This document shows, piece after piece, positions 13,501-26,690 of a stretch of DNA of 64,000 nt. Below the pieces are notes generated by a model. It searched no databases. It was given only the letters and a program-made list of their open reading frames with translations, and was not told the origin of the DNA. A program made the translations under genes and the position numbers. The DNA is from Dimorphilus gyrociliatus (lineage: Eukaryota > Animalia > Annelida), in NCBI GenBank assembly GCA_904063045.1, contig CAJFCJ010000028.1, positions 749,230 to 813,229 of the forward strand, given 5' to 3'. Position 1 is the first letter of the stretch. The number at the start of each line of letters is the position of its first letter.

Positions 13501-16500
13501 AAGTATTTTTCACCAATTTCTTCGAACCATTCTAATGCCTGTTTGGCACTAGACTCGAACAGAGTAAATTGTTGGCAGTCTTCAAGTGATTTCTTTCTCA
13601 TAGTCCATTTGTACATGACAACATCTTCTTGTTGCTTGAGTTTATTTAAAGTATTGTGAATCATTTCCTCAGGATTTGTTGTATATTTCATATTCAACAT
13701 GAGGATATTTCGATGAACATACTTTTGAAATACTTCGGCCATTCTTCTTGCCAAAGTACAGGCCTTTAAGAAGAAAGAGATTTATTAATAAACAAATAAG
13801 AGAAAACTTAGGTTTAAAATTTCCTGAATGGAAAAAGTAAAGTTTCGAAAAATTACAAGCACAAAAAAGAAGCTAGTTATGCTTTCATTATATAAATAGT
13901 TCCAACTACAAAAGCAACTATCGTATAGCACTTACTTTCATAAAAGCATCCTTTTTTTCTTGATGTCTTGCTAATACAACGTTTAAATAATCAAACTTAT
14001 TCTTTACGGAAAGTGCCCTTTCAGAATTGCATATATCTTCTTCTTTATCGTATTCTTTTTCAAGATTTTGTAGAACGGACAGGACCTATAATATTTAATT
14101 TATCAATTATGTCATTCACAACAAGTTGAACAACGTACATCTTCAACTGTTTTAAAGTAATTCCTGGAAGCCATGGCTAATTTTTTCCTTTCCTCTACTC
14201 GATAAGTCAACTTTTGCCATTGGGCAGTAATATGTTCAATGCGATTTCTTATTGCCTCATTTCTAAGGATATAAGATGATTATCTTTAATGTTAGAAATA
14301 TGTAAGAGGAAACGCTTACTTAAAATGCCCCTGATTAATTAATAATTCGGCTTTATTGGTCAATTCTTGGGCACTTTGATGCGTTTTCTTGATGGCCGAA
14401 TGGAGTTTGTCAAATTCCTTTTGCAAGCCTTCAGCGTCAGATAAACTTGTTGGGCAAACATAGCCAGCCGTCAACATAACATCTCCGTTTTTTATCCATT
14501 GGAGAACTTGTTTGGCATCTTGTTCGAACATACAATATTGGATAAATTCCTCTAATCTCATTCGTTTTTCCTCTCCAACTTCCTCTATTTGTAATTCTCG
14601 TTGATGAAGAAAATCAAGTAACATTTGAACCCTAGTTGCAGCCGATTGACCTAGAATTTGTTTCTTTCATGTTATCTCTACACTAGTTACAGAATTTATT
14701 AGTTAAGACGCTTCGCTTACCTTCTTCCTTCGATAAATCTAAACCACTTCCATCCAATCTCTGAGCTAAATCAAGTCCTTGTTGAAGTACATCAAAAACA
14801 AATGCTTGCATTGCTGCAACGGAATCGTCATGATTATTCAAAAGTGCTTGAGCTTGATCTCCGTCCGCCGGAAGTTCTACTTGGCCAAATTCCGCTTGCC
14901 AATGCTCCATCTGACCGCATACTTCTAGAGCTTGGCGTTCAAAAATTCTAAGCTCCAAGCACAAGTCCAACCTCATTTTCCGACCATTCCATAAGTTTTC
15001 AAGAGATTCTCTCTTTTCTTCAATGCATTTTAAACAGCCTATATGGATTAAGAAGTGAAAATTTTTAATTAATAACTGATATCTAATTATATTCATAATA
15101 AAAAGGTACTTTGAATGTGAGAAATATCATTGTTCGGTTGTGGTTCGCCTTGCTGTAGCTCTTCAATTAACCTTTCACCATTTGTCAAAGTATTGACCGT
15201 GGCTTCAACAGTAGATTCCTAATTAGAAACAAAGAAGAAATAATTAACAAAAGAAAATTTCCAGATCACTGCAGATGGCATTAGTATCTTTGTAAATCTA
15301 TGTTTCATATTTGACATATATATCTTTTATATTGCATATGTATATATAATATACAGTATTAATATATACATAAAGAAATTTCCAAGATTCTTGTCCCGAG
15401 AAAAACAACAGTTCAAACATAAAAAGTCAATTTATAATAATAAAGATACTAATATAATAAAAATTATTGAAAATATAACTGTATATGAATAAAAGTACCA
15501 TCTGTTAATATAGCAGCTGATAAATATTATTAACGTTAACAGACTGTACACTTGAATAGTTTACAATTTATAGTTATAAGAATTCTAAGAATATACGTAT
15601 ACTCATATATATTCTAGAGACTAATATAGGAACAGCATAACTAGGTCTACTTGTTTATCGTTGCGTGATTTTTTTTATTCCATTTCTGAGAAGTTACCGT
15701 AAGAATAGTTAAAAGGGAAAAGAAAAACTTCTATAAAAGAACTATAGCATCATATATGGCAGATCAACGGAGCTCAGGTACTATTTGATTAAATGAATAC
15801 TAGACAAAAGAAAATAACCATTGCATCAAAAGTACACTATAAGCCATACATAAATGACGTTAACTAAGTAGTAGTACTTCTATAAAATGCAATATTAAAT
15901 ATTTATAGAATATCTAATCATTGAAAATTAATAAGTTTCTTAAAATAGACTTCAAACTATAGGTTAAGATATACTTATGTATAAATATAAACATGTAAGA
16001 ATATTTTAAGACTCTGTAATATATATTTAGAAAACTACCTTTTGTTGTTCAAACTGATGTAGCATTTCCTCAGCAACTTCTAAAGTATCAGCAACCTCAT
16101 CAGATTCTAATTCCTTACTTAATTCATCAAACCAGTTTCTCAGTTCTTCTTCATGAGTATAAAAAGCGACTGTAGCTAATAAAACTTCTCTTCTAGCATG
16201 CATTTGATTTAGAAAATGCTCCATTCTCTTTTCTAAATGTTGAGCTTCTTGAAATATTTCATTCGGATTACATTCTCCAGTTCCCGCTAGTTCTTTAGCG
16301 GCCGTTAGCAATTTTTCAGCATTAGTTATGGTGTTTTGAGCAACCTTTTCGAATTGCTGATGACTAGCGTACAAAGTTTTAGCTTTCGGTTTAGATCGGC
16401 CAACGGCCCTTGTTTTAAGTAGAAATGCTTCGCCGTGTTCATCCAGCCAGACAAGGACCTAGTTATTTTAAAAGCATTTAAATACATGTGAAAGTTGATA

Positions 16501-19500
16501 ATATAAAGAGGACTAATTAATAATTAGTTTACTTGTCGAACATCCTGTTGAAACATTTTTAAACCCAAGCGTTGATGAAGTTTAACTTTGCCGGAAGTCC
16601 ATATGTTATCCATGTTTCTATGAGCAACTAAAACCTAACAATAAAGAAAAATTCTACTGAACCAACCAATATCAAGTAAGACAAACAAAATCTTTCTTAC
16701 CTTATGTAAAACGTTGATCACGTGATCGGCACCTGCTGAATAATCAGCCTTTGCCGTCAGGGAATCGTCACTGCCACTTGAAACAGGAGTTTGCAAAATA
16801 TTCAGTAATGACTTACTATCATCGCAAACCTAGATAAAAAAAACTTCATTAGTTGTTGATAAGAAATACAATCTCTTTTTATTCGTGTTTAAGGGATGGG
16901 AACACACTTCTGAATATTTTTGCATAATAGAATCCCACAAAGCCTGGTGTTGATGAATCCCATCTTCTAAGCGGCCCACCTCCTCGGGTATTTGCAGATT
17001 CTCACACTCTTTTATCCAATTAGGTAGAAAGTTTAAATAATCCTCAGCTTTCCAATGAAAACTATGACTAAGAGTTAAAACTGTTGTCCTATCATCCATT
17101 GCGGCAGCCAAATTCCGCCATTCTTTGTTTAACTTATTAGCCTGTAAAAGTAAACAATTTTTAGAAGAAATTCGTGATAAAAGTAAACTTTAACATGTTT
17201 ACAATTATATAAATATCTAAGTTTGAAGATACACAACAATGTATACATAGATATATATTTAGAAATTTATAACAAAAATAAGTAATAGTATTTAAAAAAG
17301 GTGAAAAATTGAATTTTTACAAAAAAACAAGTATTCATTCAAGTAAAAACATTGAACGTTTGAAAATTGTTTTCATAAAAAAGAAAGAGAATTATTAGAA
17401 ACTTAAGTAAAGAGCACTTAAGTTTGTCCATAAACACTAGTAATCGAACACAACCATGGGCAATAATCAAAAGTTTAATCGTTTGGCAAGGGTAAAAGGA
17501 GAGAATAGGGGAGAAGTCTATTAGAAAGCCTCCCTTGGTACAATTGATAGTTTAAGAGTAAAAGAGGGACAGGGGAGAGTACAAGATAAATAATGTGTTT
17601 CTATTGGCAATAACATTTTCTTTTTTGGCGTTTTTTGTTTAAATATTCACCTGCTGTTTGATTCCCGCAGAAGCGTAATGACCAGATTCACATAGTTTTT
17701 GAGCAACTGTAGCCGCTTTGTTCACTTCTACGTAGGCGTTCTATAAAGGGTATCAGAATTTTTTTTATATTTTGACTATGGGACTGTTCTAACTATTGAT
17801 TACCATAGCGTTTGATGTAAATTGAGCGTGTCTTTCTTGTAGTTCTTTTGTTTCTTTCATATTTAAGCCGATTATTGTGTAGTCAATTAAGAATTCTTGT
17901 TTTTTGGCGCTCATCCAATCGTAGAGCTGAATTGGAAGAAATAAAAGACAAAGCTCATTATAAGACAATAGAGATATTATATTATATTTTTGTTCTGAAC
18001 ATAATAGTTATAGATAATGTTTGGGAATTTGTTGAAAATAGACTTTCAATTAGCTTTCAGTATGATTCGTAAACAAAATATTGAAAGTTCTACTCGACGA
18101 TCATCTATGAAAGATTAATGACAGATGTCACTACTCTTGTTCTTCTTATATGTGAAGGATTATATTTATTCAGATACTTTGAGCCTAGAGTTATTTATTC
18201 GAACTCCTTCAATTTGGCAACAAGTTCACATAAGGTTATCAGTTAGCCTACAATAGAGAAGTCTTGCCAGAGAGTAGTACTTATATTTTAGCTATCGATC
18301 TATTCAATTAAAATAAATTAATGGAAAATATATCAACTACCTTTTCAGTGTCTCGATCAAACATGTTTAGCTGAACGCATTGTTCTAACTTAGATCTCTT
18401 ATTATGCCACAATTGAACCAGCTGTTGTTTACTCTGATGTAGTCTTTCAACCATTGCCCACACTTTCGGAGCAAGATTTTGTAGATCAGCATTTGAAACC
18501 ATTCTTGAATCATGCGGTAATGAACCCGTTGTACAAGCACCACCTTGATCATAGCTACTAGAAACTTCGCATATTTTGTCCAAGATCTTTTGACCTTCGC
18601 TGTCTAAAACTTCAACAGGGGACCTAGTCACTCTCATTCTAAAAAAGAAAACAACAAAGACACATAAAATCTAATGTTTTGCAATAGTTAAGCATTCAGC
18701 ATACCTTATGAACGTGTCATGCTCCTCCAAAACACGTTTCGACTCGTTAATATCATCTGGCAGAGAGTATTCGGTTAACAGAGATTTTAATTGCTCCATT
18801 TTCGTATGAAGATCTTGAGCTTTCCACGCAAAAGTTTCGGCCAACTAGGGAATGCATCCGAAACACATAAATTAATTTCTTTTAGAACAGAATACACCTT
18901 TAGCTACAATTTTGGGCGTCACTATTTGCATTCAATAAAATAAACTTTACTTGTAATATTTTTACAGGATTTTCTTTTTTTTTCTATATTTTACAAAAGA
19001 AAATGGAAAGTAGAACAGCTATTTTTTAATGGACTTAACCTAATAGAACGTGTAGATTTTTTTGTATTTGTCAAACAAAAATTAGCGTGGGATTTCTGTC
19101 TGAAAAGAGCTATTCACTAAAAGCATAGTTTGATAGGATACTAGGTCAAATTATTCAATCTCATTCATAAAAATAAAAAATATTCTCTATTTTGGGTTAT
19201 TCACTAAAAACTAAACAATTTTAATAAAAACACTTCTGCCTCTTATTTCCTTCGCCTACGTTCAAACATTATCTTTTCTTTACTTTCTATAAAGCATTTA
19301 CTTTTTCTAAATTGACACACTTAAAACATTTTGAATAGCTGTTTCTTCTTTACGTGACTTTTTAAGATATTTTTATTCATTACAATGGATTATTTAGGTT
19401 AAGTTTGGAAAAATGATAGAAAAGACTTTAATATAAAAAAAAACAATAACTGTGACAATGATAATAATTGGAATAACAGAAATTAAATAATATTTATTCC

Positions 19501-21385
19501 CAATTTGCTTTCGTTCTATTAAGGTTTAGAGTATCTTGATTTTATTATTTTCAATGAAATAATCCCTTAATGATCATAGAATGGAATTAATTTATCGAAT
19601 TAAGGAATTAGTAGGCTTATTTAAATTGTAGAGAATACTATAGGCTTATATAATAAAAAAAAATTTGAAAAAGTACGCGAAGAATTAAACTAATAAAAAG
19701 AAATTCATACCACGCGAATTTCCATCCATTCTTCGTGGTTATATCTTAAAATTCCATCGATATCCTCAGTTAGTTGAGCAGGTTGTATAAATTTGTGTAA
19801 TTGCTCCCCGGAAACTAAATGAGTCTATAAAATATATCAAACGGTATATAAAATTAATAAAAATACAATAAAAGATTCATAGGATTAAATGCACAAACTT
19901 CAAATTTATATTTAGAAGATCCAATATTAGCTTTTTGTTTCTCCCAGAATTTCTCAGGTTTCAGAATAAAAGTAGCATAAATTTCATGAGGACAAGTTTC
20001 CTGTACGCGAAAGCTAAGTATATTTACAAACATAACTGAAAACTTTTCAACAACACCTGCAAAACGTTTAGGATTAGTTTGCCTTGACTCCAACTACCAT
20101 TTCTTATGTCAACAATAACGGCAAATCCTTTTTCTTTCACGTCAGCTGAGGGTAATGCCAGTAAATAACAAACAACAGCTTTTATTTCATCCGATGAAAG
20201 TTTGTCAAGTTTTGAAGGGTTTGGAAATGTCAGTATAGGGCCTCCCCTTCTGTCCCTTCCACCTTTAATATAAATTCAGAAAAAAATTCTCAGTAAATAA
20301 TTACAATACAATTTATTTTCTTTAAGAAGAGAATTAAACAAAAAGGAGATGGAGATAGAGTCGTTAAAAAAGAATATGAAATAATTTTTGCAGTCGTTTA
20401 AAAAGAAGCTGAAGAAAGGATAAACGCATATGATTGAAAGCCTTTCTATTTATGAAAGAGATTACAGAGTAAAAAAATTTTTCTGTGGTAAAACTTTTTA
20501 CTGATAAGTACTCTTCACCTTCTTATCGCTGAAGATAGTGACTAATAACCCGTCTTCCATCATTCTTTGCAATAAGCAGTAATATATATATAGATATCTG
20601 TACGTAATTATTCTTTTGAATTGCTAAATTACTATGAAAAAGTATGACAGAGAAATAAATTCCCCAGTTGAAATTGAAAAAATCCGCATTTCTATTTTCA
20701 ATTAGACAAAAAACTGTTTTATTAGCTAAAATAATTCAATAAGATACTTAATGAAGAAAGGAAAAAGTATTAAAATTTTAAGAGATTTCTCTTATTTAAT
20801 AATCATTTTAAAATGATAAAAACCAATATATAAATGTATATTCAGCTTTTTCATTACTTTTAAAATGAATGTTAATACTATCAATAGTTTTCTTCCTAAT
20901 ATATTTCTTAATAATTAAAATGGATATTTCTCTTAACAGAGTGATTGCTTCTTTTCAATTTAAATTGATATCATTTCTTTAATTATGTGAAATTAATATC
21001 TTTGTGATGTACTTTTAATATGGTTCCTTTTTGTTCAATTATTTTTGGACAACATCTTTCTTACCGGACAAATAAGCTATTCTCTCTCTCAAAATGGGTA
21101 GTATGTCAACTGCCCTAATTCTATCCGATACGTAGGGAGCTGAAATAAAAATTTTACATTTTATATAATGATTAAGTCATATATTTGATGATAAGCCTAT
21201 ATTTTGATTTAGGGCAAAGGATGTGTCTGAAATGACAGGATTCAAGATCTTTCTTATGACAAAAACAAAGGAAAACTGAACATCTTAATATGAATCATGC
21301 TTTTCTAATAATATTAACCTGGTTTATAATAATGACGAAGATCGTCTTCATAATAAGCATCTAAGCTTTTGCTTTGTCCATCCAT
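1371..21385 (-). CDS. trio: Trio/Kalirin/UNC-73 family RhoGEF, probably 3'-partial (SEC14, spectrin repeats, DH1, PH1, SH3; later domains presumably left of coordinate 1)
   Basis: 31 phase-compatible GT-AG exons totalling 5403 nt (1801 codons): 21319-21385, 21065-21139, 20057-20262, 19899-20000, 19711-19824, 18705-18844, 18341-18638, 17804-17926, 17651-17740, 16908-17141, 16701-16829, 16533-16634, 16039-16458, 15110-15218, 14721-15038, 14320-14650, 14139-14262, 13936-14085, 13422-13763, 12332-12724, 12058-12164, 11794-11953, 11601-11735, 11454-11534, 9746-9922, 9224-9328, 8911-9159, 3941-4043, 3747-3865, 1685-1793, 1371-1561. Peptides match Trio: [112 protein letters not shown], post-SH3 [12 protein letters not shown]. 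The first exon ([22 protein letters not shown]) is inferred only from ATG, donor and phase. Confidence 0.95.
6421..6487. repeat. (GA)n microsatellite with GATA units
   Basis: Long AG run preceded by (GATA)2-3. Confidence 0.95.
6987..7121 (-). CDS. Candidate alternative first coding exon of a short Trio isoform
   Basis: ATG-initiated 45-codon frame ([45 protein letters not shown]) ending at GAG|gtaaag, phase 0, which matches the acceptor of the SH3 exon at 4043; lies in the 4.9 kb PH1-SH3 intron. Confidence 0.5.
10469..10504. repeat. (TA)n microsatellite
   Basis: Pure TA run in a Trio intron. Confidence 0.95.
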
Positions 21386-21968
21386 TAAGTATTACAGTGA
21401 TTGATATAAAAAAAAAAATATAGACTAGAGCATCGTTTGCAAAGCAAAAGCCGCCATATTTGTACTTGCTTGGGTGTATGGTTATTTTCGTACAAATTTC
21501 TTAAATACTTGTCAATGGAATATTTTAAACCTACACCATCAATATTTGACTTTAATACAATCTAAATAAAGATATTTTATTTACGAAGCTGTTTCGCGCA
21601 AAAACTGATAGAATACAATTTTTACCATACACATGTCTCATTGATGATCAATAGTAAAGACTAGTACGAGAAAGAGGGAGGAGAAATGAAAGAATAAATT
21701 ATCTGCTTTAATTATATAGATTGTAATCGATTTGTGTGTGTGTGTGGGTTTTTTGCCTGTTTATAAAATCAGAAAAAAACTAAAAAAAAGTAATTCTATT
21801 GTTTCTGTCACAAATTCGATCTTTAAGATCACTTTTTTTATTTAGCAGCTTTCAAATAACAATCAAAAGTAAAAGGCACGAGAACAATGATTAACCTAAA
21901 GCCGTTTGCACATATTCGTACATGAAACAAACTATAGGTCGGACAACAAGTTGAAAAAAAAATGAAAG

Positions 21969-21999
<31 letters not shown>

Positions 22000-22324
22000 C
22001 TATAATTTACATATGACTAGACGAAAACGTTCTCTTTTTAGCTGCACAGAAAAATTGTTTGTCATACGCCACGCGCCTTGTCAAGTTTCTTTTCCTTACT
22101 GCAGGTTCGCATTTTTCTTTCATGAGCATTTCAAAATGTGCTTGGATAGCCATCAAAATGGTGGAAAGGTCTCTTTCTCTTCTCTTGTGATGAATGCAAG
22201 TGCTTGACAAATTATGGCACAAAAAAAGTTATTTAGTCTTTGTTTTTCAAATTGTATTTTTCTAATTAGTTTTTTTTTTCTAACTTTTTCTTTTGTTTGT
22301 TTTTTTCCTATGAAAAAAAAAGAT

Positions 22325-25300
22325 TCAAGTTTTTGGAGGACTAGGCGTTGAATTATCAGTTAAGTGGACTTCTTCAGTTATGCCACTCTCGACACTAGAA
22401 GTTGACGAACGCTGATGATTCCAGATTGGAGGCCATTTTGGACTTTCTAAATCGGTTGTTTCATATTCATAGGACGACGCAGAACTTTTCCTAATGTCTG
22501 AACTACCTGAAGACGTTCTCCTCCCTCGATTTCCCTGACCACTTATCTGACCTTGACCTTTTCTGGCATGTATTCGTAGGTGCCTAGTTATCATGTCTCG
22601 TCTACAGGCGGCGTATGAGCAATGCTGGCATTGATAGGGTTTTTCACCTGTATGAGTCCTAAGATGCGTGTTGAGATGATCGCTCCGAGAAAAGACTTGA
22701 CCGCAAAGTTTGCATTCGTAAGGTTTGATTCCAGTATGCAGTCGCATGTGACGCGTAAGCATATCACTTCTAGCAAATCCCCGTTGGCAGAGACGGCAAT
22801 AATGGGTTTTTGCGTCTCCATTTCTAACCTGTTTAAAAACAAAATAGGAAAAACGATAAGAGGGGAATTATCAGTATTCACTTTTATTACATTTGAACCA
22901 AGACATTAAAATGTATTATACTATTGTATATGGGTGGAGGTAATAGTGGGCGTATAAAGAACTGCATTGAATCAAAGAGCCAGCGATGTTTGGGAACGCC
23001 CGTTGGTTATGACTAACTTTTGTAATAAGTTAATCACGAATCTTTTTGGGAGATTTTTTATAAATTTTGCTACAAAGCGTTTCGTTTTCCAATCCTTTGT
23101 TATTATTTTTTCATAAATCGCTTATATCATAATCCTTTTAAAAATGTATGATAAAAACTCATTCTGAATCTAAGAGCAAATCCCCATTCTCACCTCCCTC
23201 TATTTATTTCTACCTTTATTTATACATAAAACAATCTAACAGCTGCGTGTTGAGCTACACTGTAACACACAAGAACTTTATGAATAATTAGAACGTTAAA
23301 GTAACGCCAAATTTATAAACTGGATGAATATTTTATTATAAAAAATTTTGCTTTGTTATAGCTAATTGCTTATTCATTTATTTTTTCTCTAATTCTTTTT
23401 CATTTCCAATTATACAAAAAGGAAGGAAAAAGATACTGAATAAAAAACTAACAATATTGACTATTAAGTACATACGAAGTAGAGATAATCTAGCCTTAAT
23501 TTAAGGTTTGAGTGTAATCTATCTGCACTTTCTGAGATAACTGATCCAGAGACTATCGTACAAGTTATACGAACTCATAAGTTCCTTAAGTGCAGTTTTT
23601 AATAAACTTAATAAAGGAATTGAACACCAGAATAATGGCCTAAAATAATATAGTGTATAGTGTAGGCTCTTTAATGTAAGTGCTCAACTTTATAACTTTT
23701 CTTTTTGTTGAAGTGATCCAATCCTACTTCTTCTTCCTTCTCTTTATCTATCATTGTCTACAACTGAATAATGCTGTTTTTCTCTCATTATTTCTTTTAA
23801 AAAAGCAAATTTCACCACTTAATGCTTAAATCTTTGATTGATCGTATTCCATTAGAAACCAGCCTGATAAGGCATATTTGAAAATAAAGAAACTATTTAT
23901 ATATATTTAAAAAACAAGATCACATTCTAATCCCCCGCAAAGTATCTAAACAATTCTTTATTTTAGTATACCTCACGCAAATTTCAATAGAACAGGCTTA
24001 AATAGGACAGAAAGCAAATGAAAATAAGAGAGAAGGACTATGTATCTTAATAGCGTATACATTTTCACCATTATTAATATGAATAATTCTGTATAAGGTG
24101 TCATAGCTCAAAGGTGTTGTTGACTACTAATTAAAATAACGGATTGGCTATAAACATTATGATCGAGGTCAATAATTTAGCAACAAAGGAAGAATTTTTA
24201 AATTAAATATAACCAGTTGAGGTGAGGTTAACGTATGAAATGTCGATAAACAGTTTTTTTATTACATGATCACAAAAAACATGTTCTTTTTAACTTACTA
24301 AATCATTCATTGACGTTACTAAACTTCTAGTAATTTATGCCAGCGTTATGAATAATCAATTAATTTTAACACATATTTTGAACACATTCTCTATTAAAAA
24401 ACGGCTATTCTGTTTTCTAATATAATCATTATTTAGCGGCATCTGCCTAGGTATAAATAAATTTTTCGGTTTCGAACAATTGATAAATAAGTTGCACTAG
24501 CATATCTCTCGATTTATGATATAGATCTAGTAATGGCTGAAAAACCTAAAGCTCTTTGTTCAAAATTTCTGCAAAACTGTAACATATGCAAATTCTAAAA
24601 ACTTTTCATTTCGCTCATATATGTCTTTAGCACGATGGGGAAGAAAGGGCCAATCTATTCCACTTTCACTTACATAAGCGGCTGATTAAACAGTTACGGG
24701 GAAATTTTACGCAGTTGCTATGTATCTAAACAATACGTAAAGCAATTTAGTCAGATAGTTAAAGAAACATCGGAAGCACTATTCTCCCGATCTAGAAAGC
24801 TTTTCAAACCTTTTTACTAGAGCGTAGTACGGATATAAAAGTCGTTCAATAGAGAGTATTTTTGTGTTAAAAATTTATCTTACTCATTTATTGAATATTC
24901 AAGCCTACAAAAAAAATTATAGATAAAGATAGTCTTTTATTCATTTTGGTTTATCTTTTGAAGAAACCTAACTATATCAAATGAAATTTTCTGCAAAGAT
25001 AAGCATTTCTTTTAGACAAGTAGCTGTGAGAATTCCTATTAAACTTTCTTTATCAATTCTATATGAATTAGTTGCTTTGGATTCTTTTCTAAATGAAATA
25101 TATATATATAATATATATATTTAATAATTGAGCAGAAAATTTGACTATACCTTTATAAAATATAAAATTGTATGTAATTTTTATAAGGTTTAATAATAGT
25201 TGAAACAAAGAGAGGATATTATATTTACAAACTACGTAGAATTAGTAAGCATAGCAGGAAACTCCTTTAAGTGATCAGTTGATTTTTTTTTATAGGAATG

Positions 25301-26080
25301 TATTAAACTAGGAATCGTGTCATAGGTTTTTTATTCCCTTCCTTACTCAATAAGCGTTATAGGCATATATTAAAGAAGGAATATAAGCCTAAATAGATAT
25401 ATACAATAATACAATATATACAGTATATATATACTGTATATTTACTGATAAAAGAATTTATTTGGGAAAACTCTAATATCCGTATTATTGAAAAGAATAT
25501 CTTTAGTATAGTGAAGCGTTAAAGAACTAATGAAAGGTTCAGCGACAGATTGTGGTCGAGAGATGGTCTAAAATATTTGAGGCTTTTTCAATGAAAGAGG
25601 AGGCGGGGGCTTGGTCTTTGAAACGAATGAATAATTTCGTTTCTCTTTTCTATTCATGTTATGAATTTACAAAATAAATCATAAAAGGTAACTAACCGTT
25701 TCTGTAGGTAAATGAGTAGCTACATGCTTGGCGAATGCGTCGTAGTTGGGGTAAATAGCCGAACATGTTGGGCACTTTCGGTCGGTATTCACTACCGAGC
25801 TATCTGATAGGTGGCGTTTTGGTTCTTTCGTTAAAGGGAAAGTTGTATCGCTATCGGAATGCGATCGTTTCGGTGGATCGAAGCTAAAAATTGGAGTTAG
25901 ATGGAAGGGGCTGCGTGTGGGTGTGAAAACACTCGGCGTCCCAATGTCGCTCGAATCCTCGTCCGATGTTAAATCACCATGTAATTCGATGGGTTTTGGA
26001 CGGTTTTTCTCTTGCTCATAACGCTGTTGAAGGTTTTTCTTAAAGCCACGATCGAACGCATTATTCTGGCTTAACATCAT
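22325..26080 (-). CDS. klu: Klumpfuss-like (EGR/WT1-related) C2H2 zinc-finger transcription factor, 4 fingers, about 295 aa
   Basis: Two coding exons, 25697-26080 and 22325-22828 (ACG|gttagt ... aaacag|GTT). Fingers: CPTCSAIYPNYDAFAKHVATH, CRLCQRGFARSDMLTRHMRLH, CKLCGQVFSRSDHLNTHLRTH, CQHCSYAACRRDMITRHLRIH, with TGIKPY/TGEKPY linkers. RSDMLTRH/RSDHL/YAACRRDMITRH recalled as the Klumpfuss signature. An acceptor (tacag) just upstream of the ATG implies a non-coding upstream exon. Confidence 0.85.
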
Positions 26081-26574
26081 TCTCGCATAGCGTCTACTTT
26101 AATTCCTGTATTTCTAAATATTTCTCTCGTCTCCTTTTATTTGCCTTTTTCTGTTCAAAACAAATAATGAAAATAAAATTATTTCCTCCTTTCGATAGAC
26201 CATATGTCAGTACTTGGTGTTGATTCATAAGACCGGTCCACGGCCTAGATACATACATAGGCCTACTAATATTTACTAGAATAATTTTGAAATATTGACG
26301 AAAGTATGAATGCCATATCGACGCGTACGTAGAATTGCCTTTGACATTGATGCATTATTATAATTCTATATGATTCGCAAACGAATAAATAAAGACTGTT
26401 GGCAGTATTGCTAGTTTTTTTCTAATGTTTTTCATTTTTTCTAATAACTGTCAACAGAGATATAATGAAAGGGAAAGGAAGTAAGAAATGAACTGTCTTT
26501 TAGATTTGCTTCTAAATAGTAGGCTTTGACATTATTCGTATATGTGAAAAGTAGTACACCCTCTTATGTATTTA

Positions 26575-26690
26575 TACATATACACACACACACACACACA
26601 TACACACACATACACACACGCACCAATATAACACACACGCACTCACACACTCACTCAGTCACTCACTCACTTACGTTCACGCTCACACAC
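26575..26690. repeat. Compound (CA)n/(CACT)n microsatellite
   Basis: Interrupted CA and ACTC runs. Confidence 0.9.

Noticed and set aside
13936-14007. Apparent donor TCC|gtaaag suggesting a small intron
   Set aside because: Reading through gives [17 protein letters not shown], matching Trio ISKHLEQKEAFLK, so the stretch is exonic.
20519-20572. Possible alternative Trio first exon [15 protein letters not shown]
   Set aside because: Its best donor is phase 0, but the next exon needs phase 1; the alternative donor is weak.
22591-22909. Antisense and shifted-frame ORFs over the klu finger exon
   Set aside because: Shadow ORFs of a GC-richer coding exon.
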